NCBI GenBank assembly: GCA_030295235.1
Contig: AP026134.1
Span: 620,001-684,000, forward strand
DNA length: 64,000 bases
Reading direction: 5' to 3'
Source: Fistulifera solaris
Lineage: Eukaryota
Part shown: positions 53,833 to 64,000 of the stretch, piece after piece
Numbering within the stretch: the first letter of the stretch is position 1
Layout of the letters: the number at the start of each line of letters is the position of its first letter
Made by a program: the position numbers and the translations under genes
Notes under the pieces: model-generated
Told to the model about the DNA's origin: nothing
Seen by the model: only the letters and a program-made list of their open reading frames with translations
The model's database searches: none

Positions 53833-54589
53833 GTGCATATGCGCTACGTGATTACAAGGGGACTGACTCAGATCTCTCCAAATGTACTGTTTTCGCCGCC
53901 TCTTGTCTCGGAAATATCGACAGCATGCCGTCACATTGAGCCAACAAGACCGAAGATTACGATCAATTCATGACCTTGGAAATGTTTGATCACAACAAGA
54001 ATAAATTACTAATTGTTGCTGTTTACAAACTCTTGTGTCGAGCGCTCACCATCTAAGCAACAATGTCTCGCTTATTTACTAGAGAAACGAAAGTCATTGT
54101 GCTATTGACAAACGTCACGATGAACTCCAAAGCACCGCACCAATACCGCAAAAGAATAAAAAATTTAGTTTCTAATTAAAGAATTGCATCCTTAGCTCAT
54201 CGATCATCGGAACAACACTCGATTTTACTATCAACACAACCCTGTCGTTACTCGCGGCACCTAAGGATTTGCTGTACGAGAAAAAAAGGAAAAGCTGTAA
54301 GTTGTTGAAATGAAGCAAGGCAGCATGAAAACAAACTTATGTTTCTCAGATATGGGTTGGTGATAAAGTCGCGGCAAGCGACAGAGATGGTCCTCAACGC
54401 TTTTTAGTTGGAACGTTTTCGCACGTTGTCATGACACCTTTCGGGGCCTACACAAACTATTCGGACGAAGCTCTATCTTCATTGAAATCGATGCGAAGGA
54501 GAAGTGCAACAGTCTTGGCTTACCTGTATGGTAAATCTTCACACTCTTGCCAAAATTTTTGACGACAAGCCCCGCAATTAATGCTGGAT

Positions 54590-54953
54590 TTATTCTTGCA
54601 TAGAGTCTTCCTTCTTATCGTCATCAACCGGTGCTGCCACGACATAGAGAACATTGTTGCATCGGATCAGCACCTCACCAAGAAAACCGGCGAATTGCCC
54701 GTCAAGAAATTCTTCAGCTTCTGTCAATTGCAAATTCATGTAAGCATCCGATGACTGCAATTTCCCTTGGTATTCCATGCCCCACTTTAACTTGACTTTG
54801 ACGAGTCTCCCAGTCAAGTCTTGCAAGAATGGCTTGGGATTTACAATGAATTGAGTTGCTCCGGACTGTTGTAAAGGGAGAGATGGCTTGAAGTGAGTTG
54901 ACGCGATTACGACAATGGTCAGATCCAAATTGGATATAATACCGACGTACCAT
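54590..54953 (-). CDS. SNRPF: snRNP core protein SmF; first coding exon is ATG only
   Basis: [35 protein letters not shown]...[15 protein letters not shown] at 54953-54951 is followed by intron 54950-54866. Confidence 0.93.
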
Positions 54954-55720
54954 TATATTTTAGAGCCTGTGATCTCTTTGCACTCGTTATCGGCGCTCTT
55001 GCAACGTGTTAAAATCAAACTACGCGTAAATAAATGTGATAAACTTTATGTTCGTTGAGAACGTTACCAGGTATGATCGTCAATCATCGATTATATCATG
55101 GCTCGACGATTGTGAGGGGTTCGATCAAAGAAGGTGCGGCGGCGCTTTTTGCGATGGTTTCGAGAGTGTCGCGGTACGGTACCAGGTAGTAGGTGGTAGC
55201 ACAGACGTCGTGACGTTCATCGTTCATAACCGGAGTCCCGTGTTTTCGATCCCGGGTCGGATATTATAATTATAACAGATGCTTTTCTTTATTTAAGTAC
55301 TTTCTGACTTTTCATGACCGTTGTTTGTATCGCGTTTCGCAATTTACGTTGTAAAGAAGCCACTCTTGAGTCTTGAGACTCTAGCAGGTACTCCGTGCTA
55401 TTTATTTGCTTTCTGATGAAGCGGTAAATGAGAAGTGGGAAAATACGGGTACCATGGTACCGGTACTTGGTACTTGTGATATACGGAGTATTGTGCAAAG
55501 GAGCTAATAAAGCGAAAGCGCAAGCCAAAAGCCAAAAACTCGCCGTTCTTGCTTGGCTTTTCCATCTGAGCATTATTTCCTCTATTGTTGGTTCCCTTGA
55601 GAGTGATTGAGGGAGCATCATACCGTCAAGCAAGTGGGGACTTGCGTCTACCGTCAACAAAGACTCCGGCGTACGAAAAATACAGCAATTAGTCAGTTGG
55701 TTAAAAGATTGATTTAAAAG

Positions 55721-58700
55721 ATGTTTGACATTGACAAAAAGGCTGTTGTGAGAAAGCGACAAGCAAAATCGCAGTTGACTGCGGAGGAACAACAATTGCA
55801 GCCTCCTCCCTCCAAAAGTGGGAATGGAATGGTCACTAATTTTCCTGAAGAGTTAAACGGTTCAGCCACTATCTGTGGATTATCTAAGTCAGCGCCTACG
55901 GTACACGATTCTTGTTCACCTACTGAGTCTTCCTCTATCGAAGTGTCAAGTGCTACATCTCATGGCGGGCCTTTTGAAGCTTCGGAAAAGGTTTCTGCTT
56001 TTGATGAATTGTCAAGTAACTCAATAGAAGAGTCGTCCTCTTTTACACGTGGCCGAATAAGCACACAGCCGCATACTGACAGCTCGGCTCTTGCTTGCGA
56101 TCGAGAGGGTGCATTACGAGGTGATGAACACGTCTCCGGCGACGCCTCAAACGTTAGCAGCCACAAAAAAGTGCCCAGTGCCAGATCAACAATTGATGTT
56201 GGCGCTACAGATGCGGAAGACATCTCGCAAATAAATAGGCGACAAGGAACCACGAATGTTATTGGATCGCCCGTGAACAGCCCCACTCCTCAGTCACCCC
56301 AATATGCACCTCGAATATACCACAGGGATCTTGGATCTCCGGGTCTAGTTGACGAACAACGATGGGATAGCTCCGGACGGCTGAACTCTTCTGTTACATC
56401 GCAGAGTCAAATGCCGGAATATCATATCGTCGCCGATCATGAAAACGCTTCTCTACTTAGTGGCTTGGACTATTCAATTGTCAGCGGAAGAAAAATTCAA
56501 TTTGGAAGTATCGCAGAACAACCGAAAGCGCAGCCATCAAGCATGCCTACACTCGCCGACAGCTTCAGTGACACGTCTTCAAAATCAGAAGATGCACTCG
56601 TTTCTTTAGCTAGGGCGATGCGAGAGCAAGCCGCTGTTATTCAAGCTATGGCTGGGCAAAGTGATGAAGACGAACTTTCAAGACTCGCCATGGAAAAAAG
56701 AGATCTTGCACAACAAGTACTCAGGTTACAACAGGAAATTGAGAAAATGGAAGGAAGTCGACAAAATTCCATGACTTCTGTATCGTCTCGTGGGTCAGGT
56801 CGGTATAGCGCGAGAAGTGTCCGAAGTCAACGTAGTTACAAATTTGCTCAACTAGGCCACATACCAGAAGTTGTTACGGCTGACGAAATGACAACATTTT
56901 CTTCGATACGAGGGCCGAGCGTTCCTGGTAATATGCCGATACCTAGACACTCTCACCGACTTGGATCAGTAACCACTGATGAATTGACAGATGGCGACTT
57001 AAGCACGATCCCCAGTTTCGAAAACGTCAGTATGTTTGACAGCGCCAGTGTTCGTAGCGGTGGATCAAGAAGGAGTAAAGATAGTCGAGTCTCCAACAGC
57101 AGTCGACCTAGCCGGGCTTCACGAAACAGTTTAGTAAGAAGAAGTCGAATGTCAAAAGAAGGTTTCGAACCAGATCTCCCTGACTATTTACGCCCCGAGT
57201 CGCCACCAGGATCACAGTTTTGGCGGTCACTAGCGTTCTTGGTCACATTTTTTATTCCAGACGTATGCATCCCTGTTGCCGGAGCTGGTGCAAAGCAAGC
57301 TTGGCGGTACGTCTCTTATCAACCCCCAGCAATGGCACCCCGTTCTAATGATTTTTGTCCACCTAACCTGTTGAAATTACAGTGAGAAGGTTTTGCTCTG
57401 TATGCTCATGTTTCTGTCATCCGCAATGGTAGTGGGTGGTATTGGTTTCTTGCCTATCTATTTCTGCCGAAACAATGGAGTGTACTCAAAGGAAGATATC
57501 TGGCAACAGCAAGGTGAAGCATGGATCACCATATTTGGCATGGTATACGATATGGACACTTTCATTGATTCACACGTAGGAGGTCGCGACGGTATATTGC
57601 AGTTTCTCGGAGGCGACGCTTCGAAACTATTTCCGAGACTACCCGCTGCTCGACTTCCGTCTTTTTGCTTGAACTTTGACAAGGGGGAATATTTCACACA
57701 GCACTCCAGTCCGAATTGCACGGAACTTACAGACCTGGATATTGTTACAGACGTACCATGTCACGATAGTTTGGTTGGAGTAAGAGACGTTCGAAATAGG
57801 ATGCAAGATTACAAAATAGGCAACCTGGTAATCCCAGGCTGGCGATTGGGAGATGATGGAATGCAGTGGATTCGAATTGGTAGCAGCATTTATAATGTCA
57901 CGCAGTACGTGAACGGTCTGATGTAAGTACAAGCTCGCTTTGGAATGCCTTGCACGGACTTTAGTCTCACAGGTCCCGCAGAAACAACAAGACACAGGAA
58001 TTTGACTTCGACGAGCAAAATCCGAATGCATTTCTTTCGTCTCCATTACATCGGCTTGTCACCATCAGATTAAACAGTGATGTCACCTCCATTTACAATC
58101 AGCTGTTTAGCACAGAAGATTTCAAATTGTAAGAATCAGACAAGTAAACCACTTTTAAAATGTTCAGATGACTCTCACAACATCGTGCTACTCTAGGTGC
58201 CTTGATGAATTGTTTTACGAGGCTGACTACGACGAACGATATTATCCAGCTTGCGAGAAAATTGGAATAATGATGTACACGTTTTTATTTGTCGTTGCGA
58301 TTGTTCTCGGGGTTCAAGTTTTCTGTTCACTAGTTTTCCTTTTTCGCAAGCCACGCACGTTTACGGCGAAAGATATGGAAGCAGGTGTAGTCGTCATGAT
58401 GCCTTGCTACAATGAGGGGCCACACGAGCTTCAAAAAACCATTGACTCTGTTGTAATGACAAAGGTGAGACATAGTAGAAAAGGGTATCCATCGAGTGTC
58501 CCTTTCTTCTTCCTCGCATTGATACTCAATTGCGTTCCTTTCGCAGTACCCCGAAGAGAATCGAGTGATGGTTATTGTCGCGGATGGATGGGTCACTGGC
58601 GCTGACAACCGATTAAGTACTCCTGAAATTCTTTCCAATTTGCTCGGTTTTGAAATGGACCCCGAAGAGGATACATTATTTCATTACAGAAGTCTCGGCA

Positions 58701-60241
58701 AAGTGAGGAATAACTTTGCAAACGTGTACGCCGGCGTCTATGAAAAGGAGTTGGAGAAGAAACGAAATCGCTAAAATATTTAGTAGTTGTTAAAAGAGGT
58801 GGCCCCGAAGAGGCGGGATCCAATCGAGCTGGAAACAGAGGAAAGCGCGACTCGCAACTTATTCTTCTCGGTATGTACAATAGGATTCATCACAATCGGA
58901 AGCCGAGTGAACTTGATATGGCTATCGTCAAAGGACTCTTCAGCCTTGGGCTACCGGCCAAGGATGTTGAATATCTTATGGTGATCGACGCGGACACACG
59001 AGTTGATGCAACGTCCATTCCACATATGATCTATTCCATGGAGCACGACAAGAAGATACTTGCTTGTTGCGGGGAAACTCAAGTCGACAACAAAGCACAA
59101 TCTTGGGTGACGATGATTCAAGTGTACGAATATTTTTCTAGCCACCATCTGAAAAAGGCATTCGAAAGCGTGTTCGGATGCGTTACCTGTTTACCTGGTT
59201 GCTTCACGATGTAAGTTTTGAAAATGCGCACGAAGGAATCATTTGAGCTATTTCTAATTGATCTGTTGCCTTTCTTTTAGGTACCGAATCCTGACGACAG
59301 ATATGCGACAGCTGATTGGGCACGATGACGTCTACCGGGACTACGCACGCAACGATATCCCCTCTCTCCATGAAAAGAACTTGTATGAATTGGGTGAAGA
59401 CAGAATGCTTACAACTCTACTTCTCCGGCATTTTCCGGCAATGAGGCTATCATTCGTACCGGAAGCTCTTTGTTGGACGATCGTTCCCCACAACTTGACT
59501 ATTCTTTTGAGTCAACGCCGTCGATGGATCAACTCGACCTTTCACAATATGTACGAGCTTCTCAAAATCCAAAGCATGTGCGGGGTCTTTCTCTGCTCAA
59601 TGAAGCTCATTGTGTTTATGGATTTGTTGATCACTATGATTCTACCTGCCAGCCTTGTCTATATCAGCTATTTGACATATCTCTTTATTACCGAGCCTCA
59701 GACGGTGGATCGCTTTGTCCTCATATTCTATGCAGTTACATTCAGTCTTCAAATGGTATCATTCCTGAGCCGCTCCCGATGGGATTACATGCTGTGGTTC
59801 CTATGCTTTTGTATCTTGGGAATCCCCGTCTTCTACTTCCTCTTGCCAATCTACGCATTTCTGCATATGGACGATTTCAGTTGGGGGAAGACAAGGGCGG
59901 TCGGTGCTGAGGAGAAAGCAGCACTGAGCGCCACCACCGTAGATGGCGAGAACTTCGCTAATTCGGACAAGGGAGATGAGGACGAGGACGAATCCGAAGG
60001 ATTGTCCACTTTTATTTCGAGTCTTAATACCCCTTCCACTGCAATGATTTCGAATGTGCACCGAGGTGGTAGCGTATCAGGAATGGAAAGGGATAATTCG
60101 TTCAGTGCATCATCCGATCGAAGTGTAAAAACGTGGAGTCCAGGGGATAGTGTCGGTAAGGGCCCAAAAGCCGTTCGACCAAAACGGCTAGCGACAACTC
60201 GAACCTGTCACCTTCATCAGCTTCTGGAATCTCGAAACTAA
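55721..60241 (+). CDS. CHS: Chitin synthase (GT2; division-2-like, with cytochrome b5-like domain), 6 exons
   Basis: QAWREKV; b5-like WITIFGMVYDM...HVGG; PCYNEG, GNRGKRDSQ, IDADT, CVTCLPGCF, LGEDRMLT, SQRRRWINST, MDDFSWGKTR. Introns 57307-57382, 57923-57972, 58129-58196, 58465-58546, 59211-59280. Start and extreme C-terminus uncertain. Confidence 0.93.
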
Positions 60242-60864
60242 CAATGCCGTCGGCAATCGATCCGAAAAAAGATTTTGATACATTTCGTTTTTTAATCTAG
60301 AAATGCTCCTTCACGGATAAGCTTACACTTTTCAAAAACACTTCTTTCCGATTAAAGCGAAACATGATAGAGCTTTGCTCAAGTTTAAGACTTGACACTA
60401 GAGCCAAGAGCCATTGTCTCTTGCTAAAACACCGTCACGTGAAGATCTGGCAAACATTTATACTTGGTATTGGTTCATGACTCACGACAAAATTCAGGTA
60501 AGGAAAAAGATTTCTAGTCTGAGCCTGAACCCGTAGTTCAATTACCGCTACGACACACTAAGTGTTAACTCTAAGTCGACTCAACAGCAAGTGCGATAAT
60601 GAAAGTTGCTCGTACTCCACTACTTAGATTATACTTAGCAGTGACACTGTGATGATTACAGTTTCCTCCTCTTTACGCCACCCAAAAATTGCCTTGACAT
60701 CGTCAGCAAAAAGCAAAAACGTATCCTGCTCGTTGTTGGCGTGGTGTCGTGTTGGTGTCGGTGGCGGATGATTCATTCAGGTGAAAACAGTCAGCAGATG
60801 GCAAGCCTTCTCTTGACAGTTTACAGTGTGTCATAATCCACCCGACAAATAAGATCTTGAAACT

Positions 60865-61470
60865 ATGCGAAGAGCAGTCTTAACTTTAGCGACGTGCTTC
60901 ACCGCGGTCTCGGCATGGACGATGCCTCAGAACTCCGTGGTGACACGGCAGGCGTTTTGGCAGAGTGCCGCGGCCGGAGCAGTCGCCGTGGTCGCTGCGA
61001 GCTCTCCTGTGCAAGCGGAAACTCTTCCGAATGGTGTTACTTATGAAGTGAAAAGAAGGGAGACGGTCCGCAACCCGAAATTGGCGAACTGGCGGCGATT
61101 CGTTTTGCGGCCTACAATGGCGCCAACAAAATTGATGACATCTTTGATACACCCGAACCATACTACACACGCATCGGCAGTGGAGGATTGTTGAAGGGTG
61201 TCGAGGAAACTCTGCCGTTGATGAGACTCGGGGATCGTTGGGAGTTGACTATTCCGGTAAGTGGATGCCCTTTCTATTTGTCTCGTTGTGCCTCTACACT
61301 CCTATATCTCACCGTGTTTTCTGTAGAGCGAATTGGCTTTTGGAAAGAAAGGACGTCCCGCTTCTGCTGGAAAGCCTCGTATTGCCGGAGATGCCGTAAT
61401 TACTTTTGATGTCGAAATGGTAGGCCTCCCAGGACGTGAAATCGAACTCATTGAACTGATTGGTGACTAG
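60865..61470 (+). CDS. FKBP-type PPIase, plastid/thylakoid-lumen targeted (FKBP16-3-like), 2 exons
   Basis: Signal ...TAVSA-WT and lumen-type AAAGAVAVVAASSPVQA. After a frameshift at ~61053: GDGPQP..., IGSGGLLKGVEE, WELTIP|SELAFG..GRPASAGKPRI...FDVE. Intron 61257-61326. Confidence 0.85.
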
Positions 61471-61767
61471 ACAATCTACGTCGATATCAAACTAGCAAGC
61501 GCAGACCGATAAGTGTCACTACAGGATACATTATAAATCATAATCATTAATGACGTTTGTTTCTGTATGAATAAGACTAACAGGAATTGGTTAGTTTCAA
61601 ACGGGAAAAGACAAGGCGCGAACACGATGTGTTCTTTCGACTCAGACACAGCCAAGGTGATTATCTACACGTTATTATTCGGAAACTCTAGTCCGATATC
61701 TTATGAATCTTCACCGTCGATGAACAAGACACGCAACGTAGAAGGATAAACAACGAACTCACCTCGA

Positions 61768-64000
61768 CTACTTCGTGACGCTGTTCTGCAATGCTGCACT
61801 GTTTGTCGACAAAAACTTTCCAAATCGCTGGGTTTGTAATGGCTCAGCAAGTAGCCTCTTTAGAAGCGCTTTTGCTTGTTTACCTTCGCGCAGACGGCTG
61901 AGGTCTCGTTGATCACTTATTTCTTCGATGACTTCGTCCTCATCCAAATCAATCCCTGCTTCGTCTGCCTTCTCACGGAACCAAGCATTTCGTCGCTGAG
62001 TCTTTGATTGCATGTCTTCGGCAACAACAATTTTAGATGCTAGGTTTACCCGTTCTTGAGCTCTGCTTAGGAGTCTACCATCCATATGCACAGGTTCGAA
62101 TCGCGTCGACAGGTCCTTCATTATCTTTGCATACATTTTGTCCTCGTCCGACGCAATTAATGATACACTGCATCCCACGGCATCTTGACCAACACCGCGC
62201 TGCACGATAAAAAACAAAAAGCACGAGTTAGAGACGCAAAAGTAGTACCTTCACTAAAGGCCAAACTTCGTAGCTCAGACAGCCAAGGGAACAATGTTTT
62301 GTCTCTACATAAAGTTTTCAGAGACTCTAGTCCATACACACACTGTGTTCATCAACGCCAAACCCTGCAAAGCTTGACGAACAAGAAGATACTTACCGCC
62401 GTACGCCCTGACCGATGAACAAAGGTATCAACCTTTCGCGCAGCATCGTAATGGACGACAGTTGAAACCGAGGGGATATCCAAACCGCGCGCTGCCACAT
62501 CCGTTGCAACAACGACAACATTCCCTGTAGCGTTACGAAACGACTCTAATACTTTGATACGTGCTCGCTGTAATTATGATAAAACAGAAACGCATCAGTT
62601 AAATTTCAGGGCGAACAATTGAACAATTGAGGCAGCAAGATATCGCGTCAAGGGCTCAGAGATTGTTCACATGACCCTCATGGGAGCGACATAAACAAGT
62701 CGTTTTGACGAGCCATATGTCTCAGGAAACAGTTATTTTCCTCACAGCCACATGACAAAGGAGACTAACATCCCAACCAACGTACCTGTTGCATGTTTGC
62801 ATGTAGCATTTTGGTTTGTATACCCAACGTTTGCAATGTTGTACCAACACGCTTCACAGCGGCAATCGAATTACAAAATACTAAGCAGGGCCCAGATCTG
62901 CCTTCTTTCGTTGTCATTAAATAAGCGTACAAATGGGAATCCTTGTGCAACTGTGTGCACTTTATTTGCTGCAGACGAAGACCCGGTGGCAGGCGAAATC
63001 TGTCATTGGGATCTTTCTTTTGCTTCTTCTTTTCATTGCTTACGGTAGCTTTAGTAGTTGGTTTTTCACTGTGGGAGAGATCAACAATTTTTGCTTTTCC
63101 TCCTGCGTGAGCGATTTCGACAAGTTGAGCGATTGCCCCGTCTAAAACGGATGTATCAGTCCTCTTTCGCTTCTTGGATTTTTCCGAACCAGGTAAAGTC
63201 AGCGTGGCGGAAAAGATGAAGGTTTGGCGATGCACAGGTGGGGATGAAGGCAAACTAATCGCATCCTCATCAGACTCGGATTCATACTCATGCTTTGACT
63301 CCTCTTCGTATTCGTCATCTTTGGGTTTGTTCGCCTCTGCTGGTTCTTGGCGCTGTTTCGCCAGCTCATTCAAGATATTATCACTTAGCATCGTCACTTT
63401 GGCTTCGCCTCGAATTCCTGGCAAACCCAACATGCGATCGCAGTCTTCTTCGTCGACGTCATCCATGTCCTCATCGTCGGATTCGGTCATAGGGTTGGCC
63501 CGATGTACCGCATCCAATATGCGTCTCAATTGTTCGAATGACCCTTGTTGATTCATGCGATCAGCTTCATCCAAGACCAAGAAGCGCAATTGAGACAAAT
63601 CATTTAAATGAGGGTGCTCACGACTCGACATCTGTTAAAAGGCATTCAATGGTGAGATAAGCGAAGGGATACGAGCAATTAATAAGAGTTTGATAGTCTC
63701 CGACAATAATCGGCTCGACATTGTTGGAACTCCGACGGATGTCTAGATTGCGATGTAATTTCTTCTTCGACATAAAAAACCACTCTTTTCATACATTGCA
63801 GACTTACCAACTCCCACAGTCGTCCGACTGTTCCCACCAGAATAGTTGGCCTATCTACATCTAGTACACGAGCCTGTTTGGCTTGAGCTAGCCCTCCTAC
63901 TATACATCCAATCGATGCAAACGCCTTCCCAACCTTTTCAACTTGCAGCGCCAGTTCTCTCGTAGGGGTCAAAATCAGAGCTTGAAGCGGGGAATGTCGA
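61768..64000 (-). CDS. DDX24: DEAD-box RNA helicase DDX24/MAK5-like (5' end outside window)
   Basis: [67 protein letters not shown]. Introns 63807-63632, 62785-62568, 62396-62200. Confidence 0.9.
62271..62360 (-). ncRNA. Intronic box C/D snoRNA, double guide (U53-like + U52/snR78-like)
   Basis: Box C TTGATGA (62355-62349), D' CTGA (62321-62318), box D CTGA (62278-62275), terminal stem TGGC/GCTA. Guides are complementary to the conserved LSU rRNA sequences ACAGCCAAGGGAAC (14 nt) and GACTCTAGT. Confidence 0.85.
62652..62750 (-). ncRNA. Intronic box C/D snoRNA targeting the LSU A-loop U (snR52-type target)
   Basis: Box C-like GTGAGGA (62745-62739), D' CTGA (62725-62722), box D CTGA (62659-62656), stem GGC/GCC. 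Guide GTGAACAATC is complementary to LSU GATTGTTCAC. Confidence 0.7.

Overview
Gene-dense eukaryotic nuclear DNA, most likely from a pennate diatom. This is inferred from short GT-AG introns, bipartite ASAF-type plastid presequences, a fused plastid PDH E1 alpha/beta and a chitin synthase. About 29 protein-coding genes are recognisable, including DNAJC9-like, an amino-acid transporter, RRP6-like exonuclease, glutamate synthase small subunit, glutathione reductase, VWA8, PDH E1, a PLU-1/PHD protein, TMEM43, UTP10, a TBC-TLDc protein, Pin1, kish, SmF, chitin synthase, FKBP and DDX24/MAK5. Many are split by 1-bp indels, mostly in homopolymers, which looks like uncorrected long-read error rather than pseudogenisation. 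Three kinds of non-coding signal stand out. (i) Two box C/D snoRNAs with rRNA-complementary guides lie in consecutive DDX24 introns. (ii) A dispersed intergenic family of ~210-240 bp tandem units headed by a GACTG-N5-CAGTC hairpin occurs at five loci, two of which flank one gene in inverted orientation. (iii) There are two possibly related minisatellites of 34 and 52 bp. All calls were made by eye; no searches were run.
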